Notes: a model not told the origin generated them from the letters alone. Counted from the first letter of the stretch, positions 1 through 7,837 are shown. The stretch is DNA of 37,282 nt from Bacteroidota bacterium (GCA_041165265.1 JBEANU010000273.1:1-37282); one strand, 5' to 3'. Numbers and translations are program-made.

Positions 1-261
1 GATAGATTATTGGGCAAAACCAAACAGATTGAATCGATACGCATCAACCGACTTTCAGACTTTACATTACCACTAGATGTTGATGTAGCAACGGGTTCTA
101 TCAATTTAAGTTTTTTAAAAGGCATGTGGGAAAGTATGCAAAAAGGAAAAGTGAAAGTAACTATCAAAGGAAAATGTAAGTTTAATAAAATGGCAATTCC
201 GTTTAATTTTCCTGTTGATTATTCTGAAAATGTTGATTTAAAAGTGCCTGATTTATTTTAA
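1..261 (+). CDS. hypothetical protein, C-terminal fragment (ORF open to the left window edge)
   Basis: Frame 1 is open from nt 1 to the stop at 259-261. No family recognised with confidence. Confidence 0.4.
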   Translation, partial: DRLLGKTKQIESIRINRLSDFTLPLDVDVATGSINLSFLKGMWESMQKGKVKVTIKGKCKFNKMAIPFNFPVDYSENVDLKVPDLF

Positions 262-315
262 AAAAGATTAAACTATTTTACAACATTAAAAGCACTATTT
301 TTAGATTAAAATAAT

Positions 316-693
316 ATGATGTCGTCAGAAAATGAAATACAAAAATTTTTATCCTCATATTCAGATGAAGTAAAAATTAATGTAGCCATTTTACGAAAAA
401 AAATAAAAGCACTTTTACCTAATATTATTGAGCAGCTTGATTTACCAGCGAAAATGATTGGTTATTGTTACGGACAAAAATATACTGACCTGATATGCGT
501 TATCATTCCTTCAAAAAAAGGACTAAAGCTAGGTTTCAATCGTGGCAGTTCATTACCCGACCCTGAAAAATTATTGCAAGGAAATGGAAAAATTTCAAGA
601 TATGTTGAGATACATTTTGAACAACAAATTGAAAGCCCTGCCACCAAAATTTTAATTGAAAGCGCATTAAATCATTACTTGATTTTAAAATAA
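316..693 (+). CDS. DUF1801 (YdhG-like) domain protein
   Basis: 125-aa ORF. Its length and pattern (KLGFNRGSSLPDP...GNGKISRYVEI) resemble small DUF1801 proteins. Family assigned from memory. Confidence 0.6.
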   Translation: MMSSENEIQKFLSSYSDEVKINVAILRKKIKALLPNIIEQLDLPAKMIGYCYGQKYTDLICVIIPSKKGLKLGFNRGSSLPDPEKLLQGNGKISRYVEIHFEQQIESPATKILIESALNHYLILK

Positions 694-694
694 A

Positions 695-1129
695 TTATCC
701 TTTTGATCTTGAATCAAAATCAACCATCCATTCAATACCAAATTTATCACGAAACATGGCAAAGTACGAACCCCAAGGACTTTCAGCAATTGGCATTTCC
801 ACTTGTCCATCTTTTGAAAGCCCATAAAATATCTTATCAGCTTCTTCTTTACTTTCAGCACTGATTGAAATCTTGCTTCTAGTTTCCATTAAATTATGTT
901 TGCCCATTTGCTCAGGGGTATCACTTCCCATTAAAACACTGTGTTTGCCAATTGGCAAGGCGATATGCATAATTTTTTCAGCTTCGTTTCCCATATCAGG
1001 AGCGCCTTCAAAAGCCATATCTTTAAAACGAACTACTCTTTCAAACTCACCACCAAAAGCTGATTTGTAAAAAGTAAATGCTTCTTCTGCATTTCCGTTA
1101 AAATGAATGTAAGGATTAATTTGTGCCAT
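695..1129 (-). CDS. VOC/glyoxalase-fold protein (PhnB-like)
   Basis: 144 aa. N-terminus INPYIHFNGNAEEAFTFYKSAFGG and C-terminal FGIEWMV are typical of the PhnB/3-demethylubiquinone methyltransferase-like VOC family. Confidence 0.75.
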   Translation of the reverse strand: MAQINPYIHFNGNAEEAFTFYKSAFGGEFERVVRFKDMAFEGAPDMGNEAEKIMHIALPIGKHSVLMGSDTPEQMGKHNLMETRSKISISAESKEEADKIFYGLSKDGQVEMPIAESPWGSYFAMFRDKFGIEWMVDFDSRSKG

Positions 1130-1216
1130 ATTATTTTGTTTTGATTTTAAATAAAGGATATTAAATCAAATGTACACAGCTTTTTGCAGCTCTAATAAAA
1201 ACAGGTCAATTTTTCC

Positions 1217-1360
1217 AAAAAATCCCGAACCACTTTTTAATGATTTAAGATTTTAAAATTCATTTTTAATCGTTCGTTATTCGGTTCTTCGAATGTTTTA
1301 TTTTGAATAATCGAAGAGCCGAACACTTGAATGAAGAAATAAGAATGGCTTGGATTAATT
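1217..1360. repeat. structured intergenic repeat, copy A (loop inverted relative to B-D)
   Basis: Shares aaaaatcccgaaccac...cgttcgttattcggttcttcga[18-nt loop]tcgaagagccgaaca..gaatgaagaaa..agaatggcttggattaatt with copies at 2778 and 3521. Stem arms at 1280-1292 and 1311-1323. Confidence 0.9.
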
Positions 1361-1366
1361 TGATGA

Positions 1367-1597
1367 TTATTCTTTGTTGAAAAATCCGTCAGCACTTATA
1401 TCTTCATCTAATGTTTGCCAATGCAAAGCATAGCCGCCACTTACAATTTCAAAATTATTTCTTTCAGTTGGTAAGGCATTAGATAATGATTTGAAATTTT
1501 GTAATGGTAAACTTGCTGTTTTGCCATTTGTTGTTTCAATACAAATTTCAGAATCCGTAAACCAAACTTTTTTTATGGTGTAATCAAAAAATCCCAT
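1367..1597 (-). CDS. DUF2442 domain protein
   Basis: 76 aa. The motif FEIVSGGYALHWQTLDEDISADGF matches the DUF2442 C-terminal signature (G..ihW..lDedis). Confidence 0.7.
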   Translation of the reverse strand: MGFFDYTIKKVWFTDSEICIETTNGKTASLPLQNFKSLSNALPTERNNFEIVSGGYALHWQTLDEDISADGFFNKE

Positions 1598-1673
1598 GGT
1601 TATTATTTTTTAAAAAAATCTTGCCAACGCTTCAAAAATAAATCAGCATTTTCAACAATTTTTCATTCTGGTA

Positions 1674-1840
1674 TAATTCATTATTCGATTGTTCGTTATT
1701 CAGCTCTTCGATTATTCAAAATTAAACAATCGAAGAGCCGAACATTCGAATGAAGAAATGAGAATTGCTTGGATTAATTTTCAATTAAAGATTGTGTTCA
1801 GCTAAAATGCAGGAAGAAGAAGTACGTTTGTCAAATGTAG
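1674..1840. repeat. structured intergenic repeat, copy B (lacks the left terminator-like block, has the long right extension)
   Basis: attcgattgttcgttattcagctcttcga-ttattcaaaattaaacaa-tcgaagagccgaacattcgaatgaagaaatgagaattgcttggattaattttcaatta.agattgtgttcagc... aligns with copy C through about 1840. Confidence 0.9.
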
Positions 1841-1865
1841 GCTATGATGGTCAAGGGTATCCTAA

Positions 1866-2185
1866 TTAAATTTCTTTAAGCTTTAAATATTTCTTTCGCC
1901 CCAAGGTAAGATAATAATAAATTAAAAATGGAGTGAATAAAATTGAGTTGCTAAAACTCTTTACCATAAATATTTTTCTATCTGCTTCATCAACAGAAAA
2001 CAATATTTCAGGACTGCTACACCAATCAATTTTTGCTATCAATTTATGTTCACCACTTGTATTTCAAATTGCATTGTCTCTCCAATCGCAATTCTTCCTA
2101 TTTCTTTGTCATCTAAATAAAGCTTATAATCTCTAAATAGATTAATATTTTCTGATACTCGTTTTATTTCAATAAAAGGCATCAT
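1866..2185 (-). pseudogene. small hypothetical membrane-protein gene interrupted by a 1-nt frameshift
   Basis: ATG at 2185 reads MMPFIEIKRVSENINLFRDYKLYLDDKEIGRIAIGETMQFEIQVV and then hits a stop. The adjacent frame continues EHKLIAKIDWCSSPEILFSVDEADRKIFMVKSFSNSILFTPFLIYYYLTLGRKKYLKLKEI to the stop at 1866. The span is 320 nt, which is not a multiple of 3. The shift lies near 2049-2057. Confidence 0.45.
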
Positions 2186-2219
2186 TTTATAATGATTAAG
2201 AAACTTTTGGGATTTTTAA

Positions 2220-2528
2220 TTACATCCTTTTCTTCCAATTTCTATCGCTGCGTTTAGCATGCATAACCGCAACTATTTGAATGGTATTTTCATCAACAAA
2301 AAAATATACGCCATAAGGAAAACGATTCAGCATAGCTACTCTTACTGCTCTTCCTTTAATTTTATATTTCACCTCATAGCCTAATGGATGTTGTTGAATT
2401 TGTTGTGTAGAAGCTCTGAAACAAATGAGTAGTTCTAAACCCAAACCTTCAAGGTGTGATTCATACCAATACGTTGCTTCCGCTAAATCCTTTTCAGCAG
2501 CAGTTTGAACTTCTAATAGATAACTCAT
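2220..2528 (-). CDS. type II toxin, RelE/ParE family
   Basis: 102 aa. The pattern AEKDLAEATYWYE...QQHPLGY...FPYGVYFFVDENTIQIVAVMHAKR is typical of ParE/RelE plasmid-stabilisation toxins. ATGA overlap with the upstream antitoxin. Confidence 0.8.
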   Translation of the reverse strand: MSYLLEVQTAAEKDLAEATYWYESHLEGLGLELLICFRASTQQIQQHPLGYEVKYKIKGRAVRVAMLNRFPYGVYFFVDENTIQIVAVMHAKRSDRNWKKRM

Positions 2529-2734
2529 AATTGCTTTTGGATTCGTTTAATTACCGAATCAACTGATGAACCTTTGGTTGGTTTTTCATTATAAGCACTT
2601 ATTCTATCTTCTAACAATTGTAATTGCTTTTTCGAAAGCTTTCCAACGGTATCTTTTTCAATGCTGTCCCAAATAGTTTCAACTAAATGAATTCTATCTT
2701 TCACGTTTAGTTGCAATATTTCTTTAAGTTGCAT
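2525..2734 (-). CDS. antitoxin, putative addiction-module component
   Basis: Reads MQLKEILQLNVKDRIHLVETIWDSI..., resembling the Unstab_antitox/TIGR02574 family. I prefer the ATG at 2734 (69 aa). The ORF-track start at 2752 is a TTG lying inside a TATCTTTG promoter-like motif. Confidence 0.7.
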   Translation of the reverse strand: MQLKEILQLNVKDRIHLVETIWDSIEKDTVGKLSKKQLQLLEDRISAYNEKPTKGSSVDSVIKRIQKQL

Positions 2735-2749
2735 ATTGTTTGTTTTAAT

Positions 2750-2757
2750 CAAAGATA
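2750..2757 (-). promoter_or_regulatory. candidate Bacteroidota -7 promoter element TATCTTTG (TAnnTTTG)
   Basis: The minus strand reads TATCTTTG 15 nt upstream of the ATG at 2734. The identical octamer precedes the second antitoxin gene. Confidence 0.4.
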
Positions 2758-2777
2758 AATTCTAAATCTTCTAAAAC

Positions 2778-2980
2778 AAAAAATCCCGAACCACTTTTTA
2801 ATGATTTAAGATTTTAAAATTCATTTTTAATCGTTCGTTATTCGGCTCTTCGATTTTTCAAAATTAAACAATCGAAGAGCCGAACATTTGAATGAAGAAA
2901 GGAGAATGGCTTGGATTAATTTTCAATTAGAGATTGTGTTCAGCAAAAATGTAGGAAGAAAATGTACGATTGTTAGATTG
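2778..2980. repeat. structured intergenic repeat, copy C (longest, perfect inner stem)
   Basis: The first ~75 nt are near-identical to copy A. Stem ttcggctcttcga (2841-2853) pairs with tcgaagagccgaa (2872-2884). The right extension aligns with copy B. Confidence 0.9.
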
Positions 2981-2990
2981 GTTGAAGATT

Positions 2991-3272
2991 TCAACTCAAC
3001 AAAGAACCATGAATGATTACATAAATTACAATTTGGTTGGATTCAATTTTATAGGCAATTACCCAATGATTGATGAAAAAGCATTTCAGCTTTTTTGCTT
3101 TCAATGCTTCATTTTTGCAATCAAGATGAATAGGATTTTGTAGATGTGATTTTACATTTTCAACAAATCGTTTTTTGAATCTTTTGCCAGCACCTTTAGT
3201 ATTCTTGCTTTCTACAAACAATTCCAACTCATATAAAACTTGCTTAGCTGCTTCAGCTATTTTTATTTTCAT
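2991..3272 (-). CDS. probable ParE/RelE-like toxin
   Basis: 93 aa. C-terminal WVIAYKIESNQIVIYVIIHG fits the toxin beta-sheet pattern (y.i.Y.i..n.i.I..i.H). ATGA overlap with an upstream 69-aa ORF. Weaker match than 2220-2528. Confidence 0.5.
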   Translation of the reverse strand: MKIKIAEAAKQVLYELELFVESKNTKGAGKRFKKRFVENVKSHLQNPIHLDCKNEALKAKKLKCFFINHWVIAYKIESNQIVIYVIIHGSLLS

Positions 3273-3478
3273 GCCTCATCAATATCTGTCAGTTTACCTT
3301 CCATACATTTTGCAATATATTCATCTAATTCAGCTTTAGTAGCAGCTCTACCCATACCCAATGCTGCATCTTTTGCTTCTATTTGTTTGGTAGAATACTC
3401 AATTTTCAAATCTTTCAAAACGGATAAAAGCATTTTACCTTTCATTGAATTTTCGTTGAGATTAATTTGTAATTGCAT
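3269..3478 (-). CDS. probable antitoxin partner (family not recognised)
   Basis: 69-aa ORF coupled by an ATGA overlap to the toxin-like ORF. Same size and layout as the 2525-2734 antitoxin. Confidence 0.45.
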   Translation of the reverse strand: MQLQINLNENSMKGKMLLSVLKDLKIEYSTKQIEAKDAALGMGRAATKAELDEYIAKCMEGKLTDIDEA

Positions 3479-3495
3479 GTTTAAAAATTTGATTT

Positions 3496-3503
3496 CAAAG
3501 ATA
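3496..3503 (-). promoter_or_regulatory. candidate -7 promoter element TATCTTTG
   Basis: The minus strand reads TATCTTTG about 17 nt upstream of the ATG at 3478. Same octamer as at 2750-2757. Confidence 0.4.
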
Positions 3504-3520
3504 AAGTAATTTTTGCTTAT

Positions 3521-3652
3521 AAAAATCCCGAACCACTTTTCAATGATTCGGGATTTTAAATTTCATAATTCGATTGTTCGTTATTCGGTTCTTCGATTAT
3601 TCAAAATTAAACAATCGAAGAGCCGAACATTCGAATGAAGAAATGAGAATGG
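3521..3652. repeat. structured intergenic repeat, copy D (intact terminator-like hairpin plus main hairpin)
   Basis: aaaatcccgaa-N14-ttcgggatttt is a perfect 11-bp stem. The main hairpin follows: ttcggttcttcga (3584-3596), 18-nt loop, tcgaagagccgaa (3615-3627). The repeat starts 5 nt after the DPP III stop codon. Confidence 0.9.
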
Positions 3653-3656
3653 TAAT

Positions 3657-5714
3657 TTAATTCTTCACTCCTAAAAAAGAATATTTTTTACCATATTCCA
3701 TTGCTTGTTCGTAGAACGATTTTGGATATTCAACTTTTACATCCGTAATTTTTTCACCATCCATTACAGGTACTAATCGTGGTTGAATAAATCCTTTGTA
3801 AGGTTTCAAACCTAATGTAGCATAGCGTTCTAACACTTCTTTTAATAAATTTTGGTCAACTTTTACACCATAGTTTTCTACTAAATCTTTTCCGCCTTTA
3901 TAATCACCTTCTGATTTTACACGTTGAATTTCTTTTAATAACTGACCAAATAATATTCTTAATTTTTCATAGTCATTAATGCGTACATACGTTTTGCCAT
4001 CACGTTTTACAAATTCAATTACATTATCTTTTTTACCATGCTCATACGCCCACATAGCATTCAACTGACGATTACGCATATGTGCTTCTTCCAAATTATC
4101 ACCCATTTTAATACGGGTTAATTGCATGATTAAACCATTAGTAATGTAGTTGTCGTATTGTGCTTTAGCCACATCCATATTTGGCATTACACCCAATTCA
4201 ATCAATTTATTATCCATTATATAATATAAGCCAACTAAATCTGCACGGGCTTCTTCTAAGCAGCTTGCATAGTTTTTCAAAGTCTTATCAGTAGTTTCAA
4301 CACCCTTGTTAATTTGACCCGAAGCATGACCAATACACTCATGCATATCGGTATGTAAATCGCTACCCAAAGCGCCATATTTTTTATACCGATTGATAAC
4401 TGTTGAATCATATCCAAATTCATCAAACGAACCTTTTCTTGCACTCATCATATTGTATGAAGCCACAATATTGCTTAACGAAACTGATTTGCTACCGTGG
4501 TCTTTTCTTATCCAATCTGCATTTGGCAAATTGATACCAATTGGTGTAGAAGGGGCTGCATCGCCAGCTTCAACCACCACAGTAATTGCTTTAGCAGTAA
4601 TACCTTTTACTTCTTTCTTTTTATGTTCGGCAGCAATTGGCGAATTATCTTCAAACCATTGCGCATTGCTAGCAATTTTTGCCACCATTTTAGTAGCTTC
4701 CATATCTTTAATACTTACACAACTTTCGAAGCTAGCTTTTTTACCAATGGCATCGCCATATACTTCTATAAATCCATTTACACAATCAATACGGCTATCA
4801 ACATCATTTACCCATGAAATGCAGTATTCATCAAAATCTTTTAAATCGCCAGTTTTATAAAATTTAACCAGCTTCGTTAAAGCATCTTTTTGTTTATCGT
4901 TTTCAGCAACTGTTACAGCTTTTTCTAACCAACTTACCATCTTTTCAATAGCTGCACTATACATGCCACCTACTTTCCAAACCTTCTCAACTATTTGTCC
5001 GTTTTCTTTCGTGGTTTTGCTGTTTAATCCCCAACTTGGTGCATTGCCAGCGGTAGGAAATTTTGCATAAAAAGCTTCCACTTCTTTTTGCGAAACACCT
5101 TCATAAAAATTATTTGAAGATGCTGCAATGTTATCAATACCTGCACGTAAATCAACTTCTTTGGCTTTGTATTTAATATCAAACATTTCGGGTTGAATGC
5201 GTTTTAAAAATGCATCTAAGCTTTCGCCTTCATTTACCGGAAATCCTTTTGCATCGCTTGCTTTAGCAATAGTTGTAAAATATTCAAACGAACATTCGGG
5301 TACAAATTTATCATTGCTATAATGATGATGATTGCCATTACTAAACCAAAAACGGCCACAATATTCTTCAAATTTTTTCCAATCAGATGATGATTTATCA
5401 CCATTGTAAGTGCCATAAATATTCTCGATTGTTTTGCGTAACAAAATTCCGTCTTTGCTTTTTTGGTCGTAAATAATATCCCGTCCGCTTAATGCAGCTT
5501 CGTATAAATAATACGCCAAAGTTTTTTGTTGTAAACTCAATTCATTGAATCCTGGAATTTGATAACGCAACAATTGCAAATCGGCAAACGATTCGGCAGC
5601 TACTTCAAAATTTTCTTCGGTTTTGTTTTCCGTTGTTTTGGGTTGATTATTGCACGATGGCAAGGCAAATGTAGAGGCAGCTAAGGCTACAGCTATTGAC
5701 ATTCTTTTTATCAT
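3657..5714 (-). CDS. dipeptidyl-peptidase III-like zinc metallopeptidase (family M49), probable lipoprotein
   Basis: 685 aa. HECIGH (the HExxGH motif of M49) and a downstream EEARAD second zinc motif. N-terminal signal sequence ending ALPSC. Confidence 0.85.
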   Translation of the reverse strand: MIKRMSIAVALAASTFALPSCNNQPKTTENKTEENFEVAAESFADLQLLRYQIPGFNELSLQQKTLAYYLYEAALSGRDIIYDQKSKDGILLRKTIENIYGTYNGDKSSSDWKKFEEYCGRFWFSNGNHHHYSNDKFVPECSFEYFTTIAKASDAKGFPVNEGESLDAFLKRIQPEMFDIKYKAKEVDLRAGIDNIAASSNNFYEGVSQKEVEAFYAKFPTAGNAPSWGLNSKTTKENGQIVEKVWKVGGMYSAAIEKMVSWLEKAVTVAENDKQKDALTKLVKFYKTGDLKDFDEYCISWVNDVDSRIDCVNGFIEVYGDAIGKKASFESCVSIKDMEATKMVAKIASNAQWFEDNSPIAAEHKKKEVKGITAKAITVVVEAGDAAPSTPIGINLPNADWIRKDHGSKSVSLSNIVASYNMMSARKGSFDEFGYDSTVINRYKKYGALGSDLHTDMHECIGHASGQINKGVETTDKTLKNYASCLEEARADLVGLYYIMDNKLIELGVMPNMDVAKAQYDNYITNGLIMQLTRIKMGDNLEEAHMRNRQLNAMWAYEHGKKDNVIEFVKRDGKTYVRINDYEKLRILFGQLLKEIQRVKSEGDYKGGKDLVENYGVKVDQNLLKEVLERYATLGLKPYKGFIQPRLVPVMDGEKITDVKVEYPKSFYEQAMEYGKKYSFLGVKN

Positions 5715-5862
5715 TTTAAAATTTTTTTTAAGTGAGGCAAATGTAAGAAATGGATATTAAAGAATTAGGTAATTATTATTGAACCCGTTGTGGATTTCAG
5801 AAAAAGTACTTTAAAAAAACCCTTGTTAATAAAATAATATTAACCTAAAATGTAGCAGAAAA

Positions 5863-5961
5863 CAAGGTGGCTAAAGCCAAAAATTCAATTGCTGTTCATT
5901 AACCCCCTACTTAAGTTGGGGGTTACAAAATACAGTTCTATCAAAGGCTTTAGCCCCCTTG
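5863..5961. repeat. nested inverted-repeat element in the divergent intergenic region
   Basis: The outer arms caaggtggctaaagcc (5863-5878) and ggctttagcccccttg (5946-5961) pair at 15 of 16 positions. They enclose a central near-perfect 24-nt palindrome, aaccccctacttaagttgggggtt (5901-5924). Confidence 0.6.
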
Positions 5962-6093
5962 AAATAAATTTTACTAAATGCATAACGGGTTATTAAATCA
6001 ATATGCTTTAACTTGAAGCTAATATTTAATTAACATTTAGGTAATATTAGATTGTGATTTTTGCGTCAACAAAAAACAAATCGTTAACCTAAC

Positions 6094-7398
6094 ATGAAGA
6101 AATTATTTACATTTTTATCCTTGTTTGTTATTAGTATCTGCACATTTGCACAATCTAATGATTCCATTAACATGGCTTTAAATCAACACGAATCAGATTT
6201 ATCTGTATTAAAAAGAATTAAAATTGAGGCTTACATACAAGCTCAATATCAAATTGCTGAAGCAAACGGTGCAAAATCATTTGAAGGCGGCAATTTTGCT
6301 ACAGGAGTTGATAAAAGATTTATGCTTCGTCGTGGTCGTTTTCGTTTAACATACGAGCACAACAATTTTAAATTATTTATGCAACCTAATTTATCAGAAA
6401 ACGGTATTCAATTAATGGATTTTTGGGGCAAAATAAAAGAAAACAAATGGAATACATTTGGTTTGCAAATGGGGCTAATGAATCGGCCATTTGGTTATGA
6501 AATTGGCTATTCATCCATGACAAGAGAAACGCCTGAACGTGGCAGAATGAGCCAATCTATATTTCCTAGCGAACGTGATTTAGGTGCAATGGTTATTTAC
6601 GAGCCGCTTTCAGCAAGCAGAATGCATTGGTTAAAAATTGAAGCAGGTATTTATAATGGCACAGGAACATCAAATCCTGTTGATATTGCTACAAAAGGCG
6701 CTGGCCCTGATTTCGATTATAAAAAAGATTTCATTGGTCATTTCATTTTAAAAAATTCATATTTTGGTGAAAGATTAAAACTTAGTGGCGGTGCCAGTTA
6801 TTACAATGGTGGTATAGTTCAAGCCGATAAATTTGTTTATTCAATGTCTAAAAATTCTGATGGCGAATCAATCTATATGGTTGATTCATCAATTAATAAT
6901 AAAGGCAAAATTGCCAAAAAAGAATATATGGGGGTTGATTTTCAAGCTTCGTTAGATTGGAAAGTAGGATTAACAACTATTAGAGCGGAATACATTCAAG
7001 GTGTTCAACCATCTTCAAAATCTGATTCAAGAACTACACCAGTGCCACCAAGTGCCGAAACTGTAAACAGAAATTTTAATGGCGCATACTTTTATTTTGT
7101 TCAAAATATAGCTCATTCAAAACATAATATTGTAGTAAAATACGATTGGTACGATCCTAATACAAAAATTAGTGGTAAATCATTAACTGCAAAAGATTCA
7201 AAGGCAAAATCAACTAATATTACCGCAACCGATATCAAGTATAAAACTTTAGGATTAGGTTATTTATATACCTTAAACGAACATGTAAAATTAATGTTAT
7301 ACTTTGCTTATGTTGAAAATGAAAATACAAAAATTGCAGGATATACCAGCAATTTAAAAGATAATGTATTTACTGCTAGGGTGCAATACAAGTTTTAA
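6094..7398 (+). CDS. outer-membrane porin (phosphate-selective porin O/P-like)
   Basis: Signal peptide ending TFAQ, alternating beta-strand pattern, and a C-terminal ...ARVQYKF aromatic terminus typical of OM beta-barrels. Family assigned from memory. Confidence 0.7.
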   Translation: MKKLFTFLSLFVISICTFAQSNDSINMALNQHESDLSVLKRIKIEAYIQAQYQIAEANGAKSFEGGNFATGVDKRFMLRRGRFRLTYEHNNFKLFMQPNLSENGIQLMDFWGKIKENKWNTFGLQMGLMNRPFGYEIGYSSMTRETPERGRMSQSIFPSERDLGAMVIYEPLSASRMHWLKIEAGIYNGTGTSNPVDIATKGAGPDFDYKKDFIGHFILKNSYFGERLKLSGGASYYNGGIVQADKFVYSMSKNSDGESIYMVDSSINNKGKIAKKEYMGVDFQASLDWKVGLTTIRAEYIQGVQPSSKSDSRTTPVPPSAETVNRNFNGAYFYFVQNIAHSKHNIVVKYDWYDPNTKISGKSLTAKDSKAKSTNITATDIKYKTLGLGYLYTLNEHVKLMLYFAYVENENTKIAGYTSNLKDNVFTARVQYKF

Positions 7399-7416
7399 TG
7401 AACATAAAAAAATCAA

Positions 7417-7454
7417 AAAGCCTTCATCAAAAAAAAATGAAGGCTTTTGTTTTA
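7417..7454 (+). terminator. rho-independent terminator after the porin gene
   Basis: aaagccttcat-N9-atgaaggcttt followed by ttgtttt. Confidence 0.75.
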
Positions 7455-7497
7455 AAAAATTTAACAGATAAAATAGATTCTTCTACTAAACAAAAAA

Positions 7498-7505
7498 TAC
7501 TTTTG
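7498..7505 (+). promoter_or_regulatory. candidate -7 element TACTTTTG
   Basis: TAnnTTTG lies 17 nt upstream of the ATG at 7523. No clear -33 TTTG at canonical spacing. Confidence 0.3.
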
Positions 7506-7522
7506 TGCGTTATAGTTAGCTA

Positions 7523-7837
7523 ATGAATAAAAAAATAAAATATTTTATTCCTATTTTTATAGCATTGGTATGCTTGATGTATCAAGCTATGCCAGTGCAT
7601 CAATTGTTTTTTGCCGATTCTGCTTTTTCGGTATCATTGATTGAAGAAGATGACACCGATACAGAAAAAGAAAACTCAACTCTGAAAAAAATAAAATCAG
7701 AAGGTAAAGATTTTGTAGCTGCTGAATTGCTTAGCCTTTTTTTCAATTCGTATTCAAGTTTTACTTATTACTACTTACACTTACCTCAATCATTTGAAGT
7801 AAATACAGTTTTTGCGCCACCGCCCGAGTTAGTTTAA
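7523..7837 (+). CDS. 104-aa membrane-anchored protein of unrecognised family, paralogue 1
   Basis: N-terminal hydrophobic segment YFIPIFIALVCLMYQAMP, acidic centre EEDDTDTEKEN, and C-terminus VFAPPPELV. Collinear with 12370-12684. Confidence 0.7.
   Translation: MNKKIKYFIPIFIALVCLMYQAMPVHQLFFADSAFSVSLIEEDDTDTEKENSTLKKIKSEGKDFVAAELLSLFFNSYSSFTYYYLHLPQSFEVNTVFAPPPELV

Noticed and set aside
1271-1335. Canonical integron attC site assignment for the repeat hairpins
   Set aside because: The fold is attC-like (imperfect stem, bulge, variable loop), but the conserved triplets are in the wrong polarity. Here the 5' arm carries ...GTT next to the interior and the 3' arm carries AAC.... Canonical attC is 5'-RYYYAAC...GTTRRRY-3'. 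No integrase gene is in the window. I kept this only as an analogy, pending a covariance-model scan.
1933-2136. Plus-strand 67-aa ORF from the track
   Set aside because: Low-complexity translation antisense to a more coherent, though frameshifted, minus-strand gene. There is no start context or family resemblance.
3240-3509. Plus-strand 89-aa ORF overlapping the second TA pair
   Set aside because: Antisense to two coupled ORFs with TA architecture. Its composition looks like a shadow ORF of AT-rich coding DNA.
4393-5416. ORFs 4393-4860(+), 4497-4817(+) and 5234-5416(-) inside the DPP III gene
   Set aside because: They are fully nested within, or out of frame with, a 685-aa gene that has clear M49 motifs. 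These are typical shadow ORFs.
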